Positions 10,149 through 20,160 of a DNA stretch of 64,000 nt are shown here, in pieces. Under the pieces are notes generated by a model. That model saw only the letters and a list, made by a program, of their open reading frames with translations, did not search any database and was not told where the DNA came from. Both the position numbers and the translations under genes were made by a program. The stretch is from Pseudomonadales bacterium (GTDB lineage Bacteria > Pseudomonadota > Gammaproteobacteria > Pseudomonadales > JAHRWD01), in contig JAHRWD010000084.1 in assembly GCA_019090315.1 (NCBI GenBank), positions 387 to 64,386 on the forward strand, in the 5' to 3' direction. How positions within the stretch are numbered: the stretch's first letter is position 1; each line of letters starts with the position of its first letter.

Positions 10149-10571
10149 CTAGGGAGCAGTTAGTACTACTTTTACACTATCGTTTACCGCAGACGAGTCT
10201 ACATACCCAATCATATTGGGGTTCCTGGAAACGAGAGAGATTACTTCCGCATCAGATCTAACCTCTTTTGGTGGTTGGCCTTTTCCGGTAAATACTCTTC
10301 GCGACCAATATGAAGTAAGCTGCGAGGGCTTCTTGTGAGTTACATTTTCGTGAAACTCAAGATGTGCTGAGGCGCTTTTCGGTTGCTCTATCGGAACCGC
10401 CTCAACCCCACCAGGAAATTTTTTGGATTTACCCAGAAAGATCTTGGAAACGGCTTTTGCATCAATAGAAGCCCCGTTACTGGGGTGAGTAATGACCGAT
10501 ACCTCAGCCATTACACCGGTTGACAGGGTAAAAAGTGTTGCTATTGCGATATGTTTTAAACTGAACTTCAT
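10149..10571 (-). CDS. small secreted periplasmic-binding-fold protein (half-size PstS/PBP-like), copy 2
   Basis: 140 aa, aligning end-to-end with ORF 8299..8721 with the same length and the same C-terminus VKVVLTAP. It has a signal peptide and a 14-nt gap to the upstream porin gene. Confidence 0.6.
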   Translation of the reverse strand: MKFSLKHIAIATLFTLSTGVMAEVSVITHPSNGASIDAKAVSKIFLGKSKKFPGGVEAVPIEQPKSASAHLEFHENVTHKKPSQLTSYWSRRVFTGKGQPPKEVRSDAEVISLVSRNPNMIGYVDSSAVNDSVKVVLTAP

Positions 10572-10585
10572 TTTTAATACCGCCC

Positions 10586-11782
10586 TTAAAATACGCTATC
10601 GAGTGAAAATTTGACGATGTTTACGCTGTCGTCGCTAAGGGTGCCAGCTTTAAACTGACCTTTTGTGTCATCAAAATCTGTGACGTGGCTGACTTCAAAC
10701 TTGGCTGCAACGCCGGCCATAAAGTCCCAACGTACGCCTGCGGTGTATGTGGTCTGATTCTCAACCAGCGCCGCATCCATTGCGGGGCCAAATATGGGGC
10801 CTAAACTATCACGATCACCGGGATCGCCGTTTTTCATATGAGACCAGGTGAAATGTGGCATCACATTGCCAAATCGGTAGCCGACCAGGAAGTAGGCAGA
10901 ATCTGTATCCGCCATCGGGCCGTCAATAGCGAGAGAAACCACTTCCGACATCAATAGCCAGTCACCGTTGTCGAATTTGGCACCTGCACTTGCGTAGGAA
11001 ATATCGGTGTTGTCGTTCGCGGGAACAATTCCGCCGCCAAGTGCTGGAATATCACCTGAAACCACAGAATAGGACAGTCTTAAGGTCCAGTTCTCACTTT
11101 CACCGGTAATACTCAGGGTGATAAAATCGTTCAGGTCAACATCACCTATGTTGTCTGAATAGAAGGAGTTGTTCGCGTACAGGGCCTGAATGGTGGTATC
11201 CCAGTCACCGATAGCAAAGGTATACAATGCTCCGATACCATCATAGGTGCTATCACCGGTGATGCCATATACTTCATCCGGCGCTGTAATCCAGGGCATG
11301 GCGTAACCCACTTCAATGTACTCAGACAACAGATAGAGCGGTCCTTTTTGGCGACCAAAACGAAGCGTTAACGCATCGGTTGCTTCGTAGGCGATAAACG
11401 CCCACTCGGCCTCAAGGTTCCAGGCCTCTTCACCACGGGCGACAAGTTGCGTGACCATAGTCATCTCATCATTGATATCAAACATCATCTGTATGCCAAC
11501 GTTCGACAGTGCAGAAAAATCATTTTTATCGGTTGCACCACCCCAGTTATCAGTAACCGCGGTGTCATCACCATGAGTGATAAAAGACGCGGAGAAAAAC
11601 CCGTTAATGGTGACTCTTGAATCATCCTGATCCAGTCTACTTTCGATCACACTCAGTCTGTTTTCGACTTCGTCGGAAATTTGAGTGGACTCGGCATAGC
11701 TGTATGTAACTGCAGTGCTGGCAATTACAGCGGCTGATCCTAGCTGCGTAAAAATCTGTTTTACTATCGTACTTTTCGTCAT
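10586..11782 (-). CDS. outer-membrane beta-barrel porin-like protein, copy 2
   Basis: 398 aa with a signal peptide (AVIASTAVTYSYAES), beta-barrel-like alternating pattern and a terminal F (SLDSVF). It is a paralog of ORF 8836..9924. Confidence 0.55.
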   Translation of the reverse strand: MTKSTIVKQIFTQLGSAAVIASTAVTYSYAESTQISDEVENRLSVIESRLDQDDSRVTINGFFSASFITHGDDTAVTDNWGGATDKNDFSALSNVGIQMMFDINDEMTMVTQLVARGEEAWNLEAEWAFIAYEATDALTLRFGRQKGPLYLLSEYIEVGYAMPWITAPDEVYGITGDSTYDGIGALYTFAIGDWDTTIQALYANNSFYSDNIGDVDLNDFITLSITGESENWTLRLSYSVVSGDIPALGGGIVPANDNTDISYASAGAKFDNGDWLLMSEVVSLAIDGPMADTDSAYFLVGYRFGNVMPHFTWSHMKNGDPGDRDSLGPIFGPAMDAALVENQTTYTAGVRWDFMAGVAAKFEVSHVTDFDDTKGQFKAGTLSDDSVNIVKFSLDSVF

Positions 11783-11885
11783 AAAATACCTATTTCTTTT
11801 GTAAACTTTATGTTCTAAAGGGTTATAGTTTAGGGTGAATTCTGGATTCTGTTAGAAGTGCGTTAGGTGTCAAAACTATTCATAG

Positions 11886-13505
11886 CTAGACTTTAAATTG
11901 ACCGCCGACACTTTGAAGTTGCTGCGATAATTTATCGAGAGACACACTTAATTCGCTCACTTTATCCGAGCTATCAACAAACTCTTCTGCGGAGCTCCGC
12001 ATGTTGCTGACATTTTCCTGAATCATTTCAGAGGTACGCTGTTGCTCTTCTGTAGCGACAGCGATTTGGCTGTTCATATTTGATATCTCTTCTACCTGGT
12101 CGGTAATTAGCTGTAGCGATACGCCGGCTTTTTCAGCATTTTCTACACTTGTTTTGGCCTGATCCTGACCCTCTGCCATTACTTTTACTGCGGATCGTGC
12201 TGCTGTTTGAAGCTGTTCAATTACCGTTTCAATTTCCTGGGTAGATTCCTGTGTTTTTGAAGCGAGGGTACGGACCTCATCGGCGACTACCGCAAAACCA
12301 CGGCCATGTTCGCCGGCTCTGGCCGCTTCAATAGCAGCGTTTAATGCGAGCAGGTTGGTTTGTTCCGCAATACTTTTAATGACACCAAGAATGTTTCCAA
12401 CGTCATCTACATCCGATTCCAGTTTTGCGATAACCGAAGCGGCATGCTCAACTTCGTTTGCTAGCGCATTGATCGAACTTACTGCCTGATTCACGACATG
12501 ATTGCCGTCTTTAGCGACTTCGTCTGCGGAGGTAGCGGACGAAGCAGCTGAAGATGCATGGTTGGCAACTTCATTTACACTGTCGCGCATTTCGTTGATT
12601 GAATGTGAAATTTCCTGAGCAGACTGGCTTTGCGCCTGTGCCATCAGTTTTGTTGAGTGCGTAACGGAACCGAGGTCAGTTGAAACAGTTGTGAGGTTCG
12701 GAATTACACCCACTACATCTGAGATGGTTTTCTGGAGTTTTTCCATGAACTGGTTAAATACCATGACCAGCTGACCGATTTCATCATTCGATTTTTGTTC
12801 AATCCTTTGGGTCAAGTCACCTTCGCCGCGAGCAATGTCGGTAAGACTATTAAGCACCAAACCGATATTTTGGCTAATTAATCGTATGACAATAATTGCG
12901 GTTCCAACCAGCAACAGAATCATTAACCCGCCAATAACGTATCCCCAGGTCAGCGCATCCTGAGCGGAGGCATTGGTATCAACGATTAGTTTATTAAATT
13001 GATCAAGGCTTATTTTTCGGAAGGTTTGTAGCTCAAGCAATAGATTCTGTTGGTCAGCCGCCATTTTATCGACGGCATCGGCAATTTTATCTGGATCGAT
13101 ATCGCCATTTATCATGCCAGCGGAAACATATCTTGTAGACTCTACATATTGATCTGTTAACGCCTTGATAGTGTTGATATTTTTGGCATCTGAAGGAAGC
13201 AGTACTTTCTGATTGTCCAGGTTTTCCTGTAGCTCAGCAAAGATAGTGGCGGCACTGTCCAGTAGCTCCTCTTCGCCACTGACCACGGCTGATGTATATA
13301 GTTCTGCACCTTTGCCCAGCTTCGCAATATTTGAATTGGCAAGCTCAAGAACGGGATAGTATGTTTTCGAAAGTTGCTGAAGCCGGCTCGCGTTTTCGGT
13401 GGTTACTCCACTATTGAATAGCAGGTACGCAATAAACCCGACGGATGCGACGAGTGGTATCAATCCTATCTTGATTTGAACGGGCAGATCAGCAAACCAT
13501 TTCAT
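11886..13505 (-). CDS. methyl-accepting chemotaxis protein (2 TM, periplasmic sensor, HAMP, MA domain)
   Basis: 539 aa. It carries the highly conserved signalling hairpin [36 protein letters not shown] helices lie near residues 10-30 and 188-210, flanking a sensor domain of about 155 aa. Confidence 0.9.
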   Translation of the reverse strand: MKWFADLPVQIKIGLIPLVASVGFIAYLLFNSGVTTENASRLQQLSKTYYPVLELANSNIAKLGKGAELYTSAVVSGEEELLDSAATIFAELQENLDNQKVLLPSDAKNINTIKALTDQYVESTRYVSAGMINGDIDPDKIADAVDKMAADQQNLLLELQTFRKISLDQFNKLIVDTNASAQDALTWGYVIGGLMILLLVGTAIIVIRLISQNIGLVLNSLTDIARGEGDLTQRIEQKSNDEIGQLVMVFNQFMEKLQKTISDVVGVIPNLTTVSTDLGSVTHSTKLMAQAQSQSAQEISHSINEMRDSVNEVANHASSAASSATSADEVAKDGNHVVNQAVSSINALANEVEHAASVIAKLESDVDDVGNILGVIKSIAEQTNLLALNAAIEAARAGEHGRGFAVVADEVRTLASKTQESTQEIETVIEQLQTAARSAVKVMAEGQDQAKTSVENAEKAGVSLQLITDQVEEISNMNSQIAVATEEQQRTSEMIQENVSNMRSSAEEFVDSSDKVSELSVSLDKLSQQLQSVGGQFKV

Positions 13506-13761
13506 AAATACGTTTCCAACGAGCTAAATTTGTTGTTTCATAAAATTAAACTTAGACCACTTTTCTTACAACGCAAGGTAAACGGAGACATTGTTGGTTT
13601 GGCGTAGAGGGTGTTAGCGGGTGTTATGACAGAGGTTTAACGAAATGGAGAGGGCATTCGTGCTAGCTGGGTTGGGGCTTTGCAACCGAGGAATTAGATT
13701 GGCTGCCCTGGACAGTTCGTTTTATAAACAAACTGTCCAGCCGAATATGAGAAGAGAGGGG

Positions 13762-14466
13762 TTAGCGGTCTGTGGCAGGATTTTCTTTGTTCAGGCTGGT
13801 CAGTCGTTCCGGGGTGCCAATATCCAGCCATTGACCCCGGTAGTATTCTCCGGTCACCTGAAGGGTTTCCATATGTTGAACCAGCAGATCCCGAAGGCGA
13901 AAAATAGTGGAGCGGCATCCGGTAAAAAGTTTGGGGTCAATGATAGCGATGCCGCTATAGGTAAGTTGTTGGCCGTACGGTTGTCTGGGCGGTATCAGCG
14001 TCATATATTGAAGGGATCCTGGTTTGGCATTACCCAGAAAAAAATCCCCCTCAGGATGTTGTTCAGGGTTGTCTACCATTATCAGATGAGCTAGTCCGGG
14101 CGAATCTGATTTCAGTAGTTGTTGATATGGAAAATCAGTCCATATATCACTATTTACAATAAGGAAGGGCTGGTTTCCGAGCAGCGGTAATGCCTGAAGA
14201 ATTCCACCGCCGGTTTCAAGGGCAATGCTTTCTTTTGAATATTGAACCGTAGCACCGAGCCATTGACCATCACCAACAAACGCTTCAATCTGCGCTCCGA
14301 GATACGCATGATTTATTACTAGCTCAGTAATGCCTGCCGCTACCAGCGCTTCGATGGTGTATTGAATCAGAGGTTTTCCCGCCACCTTCAACAGTGGTTT
14401 TGGTGTGCCCTTGGTAAGTGGCATCATTCGTTTGCCACGGCCTGCGGCTAGTATCATTGCTTTCAT
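13762..14466 (-). CDS. murU: N-acetylmuramate alpha-1-phosphate uridylyltransferase (MurU-type nucleotidyltransferase)
   Basis: MKAMILAAGRGKRM..PLT..PKPLL nucleotidyltransferase signature. Its position near amgK and lptD resembles Pseudomonas. The start is moved to ATG 14466, since the ORF-track start at 14511 adds an unlikely extension. Confidence 0.75.
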   Translation of the reverse strand: MKAMILAAGRGKRMMPLTKGTPKPLLKVAGKPLIQYTIEALVAAGITELVINHAYLGAQIEAFVGDGQWLGATVQYSKESIALETGGGILQALPLLGNQPFLIVNSDIWTDFPYQQLLKSDSPGLAHLIMVDNPEQHPEGDFFLGNAKPGSLQYMTLIPPRQPYGQQLTYSGIAIIDPKLFTGCRSTIFRLRDLLVQHMETLQVTGEYYRGQWLDIGTPERLTSLNKENPATDR

Positions 14467-14594
14467 GGCGGGGGAACATAGAGCCATCCGCTGTTTTTTA
14501 CAAGTGCCCATTTGCTATGCTCGGCATTAATGGCGCGGAACAGGGTGATTTATCTGGCTCTGTGCGGTATCCATTTTCTGACTGGGACAGCTTT

Positions 14595-15188
14595 ATGATT
14601 CAACCTTTGGATGAATTGATTAACACGCATCAGCAGGCGCTTGAAGCTCGCGATCCTTCGTCACGTTTTTGTGTGCTGAATACAGTTGATAAAAACGGCT
14701 ACCCCGCATCACGGGTATTAACTGTACGTTCCATTGAGCAGACAGGTATTACATTATACGTTGACCAGCACAGCCCCAAGGTTCTCCAACTGCAGAGCAA
14801 CCCCAAATTTGAACTGCTGTTTTTCTGGCCGACTCTGATGAAGCAATATCGGGTTCGCGGTAAATTTCAGATTATGAAAAATCCTGACCAGGCCACCGAG
14901 TGGATCAATAAACCTTATGCGGGCAGGTTGGTTGATCTGTACCACAGCGTCGGAAGAAAGCAGTCTTCCTCGGTTGATTCTTTAAAAACCGTACAATCAG
15001 AATTAGCTGCGTTGGCAGCTCAGTACCCAGATCAGCAGTTAACGGAAATACCCGATGGGCTGGTAACACTACTGGTTAAACCCACCCATATTGGTGCATG
15101 GATTAATATGCAGGAGGATCGTATTCATGATCGTCGTGAGTACAGTCTGATGGATGGAAGTTGGCAGGAGCAGGTGCTGGTGCCATAA
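14595..15188 (+). CDS. pyridoxamine 5'-phosphate oxidase family protein (PdxH-like)
   Basis: Split-barrel FMN-binding pattern (YPASRVLTVRSI, NPKFELLFFW, QYRVRGK) and a PdxH-like C-terminus (RIHDRREY....W..Q.L.P). The start is moved to ATG 14595 to avoid overlap with murU. Confidence 0.6.
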   Translation: MIQPLDELINTHQQALEARDPSSRFCVLNTVDKNGYPASRVLTVRSIEQTGITLYVDQHSPKVLQLQSNPKFELLFFWPTLMKQYRVRGKFQIMKNPDQATEWINKPYAGRLVDLYHSVGRKQSSSVDSLKTVQSELAALAAQYPDQQLTEIPDGLVTLLVKPTHIGAWINMQEDRIHDRREYSLMDGSWQEQVLVP

Positions 15189-15198
15189 ATCGCTATCA

Positions 15199-16269
15199 CT
15201 AACTAATGGTCAATTTTTCCGGAAGTAGAGGCATGACTCTTTGTGAAAGCCAGTTTGCTAATGGCTGTATCTCGGGATAGCGCTCACCGATTTCGGCAAT
15301 GTAACTCAGGGTACGGGGGATATCATTCAGATAGCCCGGCTTGTTGTCCCGTTGATGTAATCGGGAAAATATCCCGGCGGCTTTTAGGTGACGCTGAATA
15401 CCCATAAGATCGAACCAGTGTATAAATTGCTCCGCTGAGCAGCCTGGCAGATTACCCCGTTGCTGTTGTTCCGCAAAAAATATCAGCGCCCACTCTTCAA
15501 TCTTCTGATCCGGCCATTTGACATAACAATCCTTTAGCAAGGAAACCAGATCGTATGTTACTGGGCCCATTACAGCATCCTGAAAATCAATAATGCCGGG
15601 GTTGTTATCAGGGCAGATCATCAGGTTTCGGCAGTGGTAGTCACGGTGAACAAACACCTGTGGTTGTGAGAGCGCATTGTCGGCCAGGTATTCAAAGGTA
15701 CGGGAAAACAGCTGGCGATCTGAATCGGTAAGTGTGATCGCTAGCTGCTTTTCGATTAGCCAGTCCGGGAGCAGGTTCATCTCCAATGTCAGCAGTTCGC
15801 GGTCAAACTTTGGCAGAGGGTATGCGCTGGTTGGCTGGCATTGCTGAATTCGATGAAGCGCTGTGATGGCATCTCGATAAAGTTGATCGACAGTACTGGC
15901 ATCACTTCCGGCCAGGTGGGTGCTGTAGAGTTGATCACCAAGGTCAGATAACAGCATAAAACCTCGGGTGATATCTGCTGCGATTATCTCGGGGACCTGC
16001 AGGTGTTGATCCGCCAGTGCGCGGGCAATTTCGACAAAGCCGAGGGTGTTTTCTGTTTCCGGTGGCGCATCCACCAGAATCCAGCTGGCCTGGTCTTCAG
16101 TTACTCTAAAATATCTGCGAAAACCCGCATCTCCGGTGAGTGGTTGCGGCTGAATCGGGTGGGTCAGATTTAAGCCATGGTTGCGGTATTGCTCTGCAAG
16201 TGGAGCTGCTGCCCAACTGACGAGTTGATCTAGCCGTGAGCTAACAGGTGCTTTCGAATTTTGGTTCAT
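15199..16269 (-). CDS. amgK: anomeric MurNAc/GlcNAc kinase (AmgK, aminoglycoside-phosphotransferase fold)
   Basis: 356 aa APH-fold kinase (HRDYHCRNLM, IIDFQDA), divergent from lptD and next to murU. Confidence 0.75.
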   Translation of the reverse strand: MNQNSKAPVSSRLDQLVSWAAAPLAEQYRNHGLNLTHPIQPQPLTGDAGFRRYFRVTEDQASWILVDAPPETENTLGFVEIARALADQHLQVPEIIAADITRGFMLLSDLGDQLYSTHLAGSDASTVDQLYRDAITALHRIQQCQPTSAYPLPKFDRELLTLEMNLLPDWLIEKQLAITLTDSDRQLFSRTFEYLADNALSQPQVFVHRDYHCRNLMICPDNNPGIIDFQDAVMGPVTYDLVSLLKDCYVKWPDQKIEEWALIFFAEQQQRGNLPGCSAEQFIHWFDLMGIQRHLKAAGIFSRLHQRDNKPGYLNDIPRTLSYIAEIGERYPEIQPLANWLSQRVMPLLPEKLTIS

Positions 16270-16394
16270 AATGCTTTAGAATCACTGGTTAGCGCGAACA
16301 CTGAATGGATTGACGTGTACGGGTAAATTAATCTGAACTGGTTCCATACATAGTAGATGTTCCCGCACTTCAAATTTCTAGCCGATTCCCGAAC

Positions 16395-18767
16395 ATGATC
16401 CGCGATTGTAACCTATTTTTACCTTGCCGCTGGTTGATGGTTGTGGTGTTGCTGGCTGGCCCGTTTGTACAGGGAGTTGAAGCCGATAGCGGGCAAGAAA
16501 TTACCGATACCCCGTCGACCAGGGATCACACATTTAACTGGTTACCACAATCACAATTGTCAGCGCAGCAGGCAGAACAGGTGCCACCTTTCTGCCGGGG
16601 GCTTTATTACTATCCGGTTCCAGAGGTTCCGCAAAATCAGCCAGAACAGCCGACCCGGATATCCGCAGATCAGATAACGCATCAAACTGATTCCGTTAGC
16701 CGTATGCAGGGGAATATTGTAGTTCAGCAGGATTCAAGGCTATTGAAAGCCGATTCCTTAACGGTGGAGACCGGTCAACGAAAGTTGGAACTACAGGGGC
16801 ATCTAACGATTGTTGATAGCGATATGGTGATACTCGCCGAGCAGGGATCGGTTGATCTGGACAGCCATCAGTCCATGCTGAGTGATGCACAGTATCTGAT
16901 GTTGGAATCGCGGCTACATGGCGAAGCCCGGACACTTGAACGTGATGCGGAAAATCTTGTCTGGATTCGCGAGGGTTCCTTTACCAATTGCGAACCTGGT
17001 GATGACTCCTGGATTTTTTATGCCTCGGAGATTCAGCTAAGCCCTGAAACTGGTTTTGGTAGTGCCCGTCACATGCATCTTGAAATTGCCGGTGTCCCGG
17101 TATTTTATGCGCCCTACCTCTCTTTTCCCATTGACGATCAGCGCCATACCGGTTTTTTGATACCTGGAGCCGGGTACACCTCCAGTGGTGGGGTTGAGAT
17201 CGTGACGCCCTATTACGTAAACCTTGCGGATAATTATGATTTGACCTTGACGCCTCGGGCCATGAGTAAACGAGGTCTAATGCTGGATACGGAGTTCAGA
17301 TACCTTGGTGAGCAGCAGAGTGGCCGGTTGGATTTTGGTTGGTTACCACAGGATCAGGGTGAAATCGATCCTGTATTGGGGTTAGAGGATGATCCGACTC
17401 GATGGTTGATTGGCTGGTACCATAAGCAACGATTTGCAACCGGCTGGTCTTCCGAAATCCATTTTAATCGTGCAAGCGATATCGATTATTTTCGTGATCT
17501 CGATTTCTCCGGGATCGTACACAGTAGCCGCAGTCACCTGGATCAAAGCGCTCTAGTTTCATACAACCACCAGACCTGGTCGATGTTTGCGCGATACCAG
17601 GAGTACCAGACCCTGCATCTCGATCTGCTCAAACCCTACGGTACCAGACCACAACTCTATCTTGATGGGCGTAATATTTTTAATACGGTGCATTTGCCGG
17701 TTGATCTGGTGTCCGAATTTGTCGATTTTGAACGTGACAACACCGGGCTTACCGGTAGCCAACGGGTAAATGGTAAGCGTCTGACCCTCAAACCCAGCTT
17801 GAGTTACTCCTTTGAGATGCCCTCCGGTTATATTCGTCCAGCGATCACACTATGGTACGTGCGGTACGATTTGAGCGATCAGGTGGTGGGACTGGATGAT
17901 ACGCCTGAGCTGACGGTGCCGATCTACAGTCTTGATGCGGGCCTGATGCTGGAACGCTATTTCAAAATCGATGGGGCCGACTGGTTACACACTATTGAGC
18001 CGAGGGTCTATTTTCTCGATGTGGCGCATGAGGATCAAAGTGCGTTCCCCAATTTTGATACCGGTACCAACTATTTTAGTTATGCACAGCTATTTCGTGA
18101 CAACCGTTTTTCCGGTGGAGACCGGATCGGTGATACCCGTCAGATGAGCCTTGCGGTTTCAAGCCAGCTGGTAAATGGAAGTGGCCGGGAGGTTGTTGAT
18201 TTTGCGGTAGGGAGGATTTTTTACTTTCGGGATCGGACAGTCACGTTGGAGGATTCAGCACTGGATACCGAAGCTTTCAATAGCCGCTCTCCAGTTACCG
18301 GGTACCTACGCTATACCCATTCAGATGCCTGGTCATTTGCGCTGGCTGGCGCTGGAAACAGTGAAAGGCTGGTTGATGCGGATCTCCGAGCAACCTATAC
18401 AAGAGATCCGAGACACCTGGTGCGGTTTGGTTATCGTTTTCTTACCGCATCGGACAATGAAGGGCGGATCGAACAGCCTGTTTTATCAACGGTATGGGGG
18501 CTGAACGATCGTTGGACAGCTATCGCTAGTTGGGACTATGATGTCGCCCAAAATCGAACCCTGGATGCGTTGGCGGGTCTTAAATACGATGATTGCTGTT
18601 GGTCGGTTAGTCTCTATGGCCGCAAATGGCTTAATGGTAGCAATAGTTCAAGCGCCGAACTGAAGCATGAGAATGCAGTTTTTTTTGAGGTTCAGCTAAA
18701 GGGGTTCGCCGAGACCGGTGACGAGCTGAGCAGGATTCTTGCATCCAAGCTATACGGCTTTGAATAG
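16395..18767 (+). CDS. lptD: LPS-assembly outer membrane protein LptD
   Basis: 790 aa with OstA N-terminal and large beta-barrel regions. It is followed by surA-pdxA-rsmA-apaH, the conserved gammaproteobacterial locus. Confidence 0.9.
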   Translation: MIRDCNLFLPCRWLMVVVLLAGPFVQGVEADSGQEITDTPSTRDHTFNWLPQSQLSAQQAEQVPPFCRGLYYYPVPEVPQNQPEQPTRISADQITHQTDSVSRMQGNIVVQQDSRLLKADSLTVETGQRKLELQGHLTIVDSDMVILAEQGSVDLDSHQSMLSDAQYLMLESRLHGEARTLERDAENLVWIREGSFTNCEPGDDSWIFYASEIQLSPETGFGSARHMHLEIAGVPVFYAPYLSFPIDDQRHTGFLIPGAGYTSSGGVEIVTPYYVNLADNYDLTLTPRAMSKRGLMLDTEFRYLGEQQSGRLDFGWLPQDQGEIDPVLGLEDDPTRWLIGWYHKQRFATGWSSEIHFNRASDIDYFRDLDFSGIVHSSRSHLDQSALVSYNHQTWSMFARYQEYQTLHLDLLKPYGTRPQLYLDGRNIFNTVHLPVDLVSEFVDFERDNTGLTGSQRVNGKRLTLKPSLSYSFEMPSGYIRPAITLWYVRYDLSDQVVGLDDTPELTVPIYSLDAGLMLERYFKIDGADWLHTIEPRVYFLDVAHEDQSAFPNFDTGTNYFSYAQLFRDNRFSGGDRIGDTRQMSLAVSSQLVNGSGREVVDFAVGRIFYFRDRTVTLEDSALDTEAFNSRSPVTGYLRYTHSDAWSFALAGAGNSERLVDADLRATYTRDPRHLVRFGYRFLTASDNEGRIEQPVLSTVWGLNDRWTAIASWDYDVAQNRTLDALAGLKYDDCCWSVSLYGRKWLNGSNSSSAELKHENAVFFEVQLKGFAETGDELSRILASKLYGFE

Positions 18768-18798
18768 CCAGGTTACCCAATAAAGTGAGCACAGGTTA

Positions 18799-20160
18799 GT
18801 GAAAAAGTTAGTGAAAAAACAACTCAAAATCTCATCGCAGTTGATCTACTTCGGCTTGTCGTTGGTACTAGCATTGACAAGCGCTGGCCTGGTTCAGGCT
18901 GAGGTGCAATGGTTAGATCGAAGCATTGCTATTGTAGATGACGATGTGATTCTTCAGAGTGAATATGATGCACGCTTAAAAACAACTGAGTTGAGGATAA
19001 AAAATAGACCGGAAGGCGCACAAAAACCCTCCCAGGATATGGTTGAGGCACAAGTAATGGATGGCCTTATTCTGAAAAGTATACAGGTTCAGATGGCAGG
19101 TCGGCGCGGTATTCGGATCAGTGAAGATGAACTCAATAATGCAATTAAAGGGATAGCCAGACAGAATGGCATGAGCTTGCCAGACTTTAAAAAGGCGCTT
19201 CAATCTGAAGGGGTCAGCTACCTCGATGCGCGAGAGGGAATTCGTGACGAAATATTGCTTAGCCGAGTTCAGCAAGCAGCGCTACGAAACCGGGTTGCTG
19301 TCAGTGATCAGGAGGTAGATAGTTATCTGAATTCTGAAGAGGGCCAGAAACAGCTGTCAACCGAGTACCTGATTGCACATATCTTGTTGCTCGTACCACC
19401 CGGTGCATCGGTGGACAGGTTGAGTGATATCGAACTGGCAGCCAACAAACTAGCTGATGACTTTAAACAGGGCGTTAGTTTCGTTGATGTGTCAAAAATG
19501 GCGGTATGGGATGGCAATGCCCTGCGCTCCTCTGATCTTGGTTGGCGCAGAACCGTAGAGATCCCCGGGCTATTTGCCAAACAGGTTCCAGGCATGAGAA
19601 TTGGCGATGTGGTTGGACCAACTCAAAGCGCCAGTGGTTTTCATTTTATTCAATTAACTGGAAAGCGCGGCGGGGCGGAACACATTGTTGAAGAGGTATT
19701 GATTCGTCATATTCTTATCTCTCCGAATGAAGTGCGCACCGAAGATGATACTCTGCAACTGGCATTAAGCCTGTCGCAACGGATAAAAGATGGAGAAGAT
19801 TTTGCTGAATTGGCGAAACAGTTTTCCGATGATCCGGGTTCCGGTAGTGAGGGCGGTAAGCTGGGCTGGTCGAGTTACGATAAGTATGTACCTGCATTTG
19901 CGACAGCTGCACGGGAACTACCCGTTGGCAAAATGAGTGAGCCGGTTAAAACCCAGTTTGGCTGGCATATTTTAGAGGTGGTTGAGCGCCGAACGGAGGA
20001 TCGCTCGGTTGAATACCAGCGCAATCAGATTCGTAATCTGATCTACCGTCGAAAGTATGAAGAGGAAAAATATAGCTGGTTCCGAAAAATCCGTGAAGAA
20101 GCCTATGTTGAATTTATTGATGACGGTTCCGAAAAATCCGTAGTTCCCCCCGCCGAATAG
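18799..20160 (+). CDS. surA: periplasmic chaperone / peptidyl-prolyl isomerase SurA
   Basis: 453 aa with a signal peptide and two parvulin domains (FSDDPGS...GG.LGW, GWHILEV). GTG start at 18799. Confidence 0.9.
   Translation: MKKLVKKQLKISSQLIYFGLSLVLALTSAGLVQAEVQWLDRSIAIVDDDVILQSEYDARLKTTELRIKNRPEGAQKPSQDMVEAQVMDGLILKSIQVQMAGRRGIRISEDELNNAIKGIARQNGMSLPDFKKALQSEGVSYLDAREGIRDEILLSRVQQAALRNRVAVSDQEVDSYLNSEEGQKQLSTEYLIAHILLLVPPGASVDRLSDIELAANKLADDFKQGVSFVDVSKMAVWDGNALRSSDLGWRRTVEIPGLFAKQVPGMRIGDVVGPTQSASGFHFIQLTGKRGGAEHIVEEVLIRHILISPNEVRTEDDTLQLALSLSQRIKDGEDFAELAKQFSDDPGSGSEGGKLGWSSYDKYVPAFATAARELPVGKMSEPVKTQFGWHILEVVERRTEDRSVEYQRNQIRNLIYRRKYEEEKYSWFRKIREEAYVEFIDDGSEKSVVPPAE

Noticed and set aside
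13645-14094. ORF 13645..14094 (+, 149 aa), and the long N-terminal extensions of ORFs 14418..15188 and 13762..14511.
   Set aside because: The ORF is antisense to or overlaps the well-supported murU coding region. Homology-consistent starts (14466 for murU, 14595 for the PNPOx-like gene) remove the overlaps.
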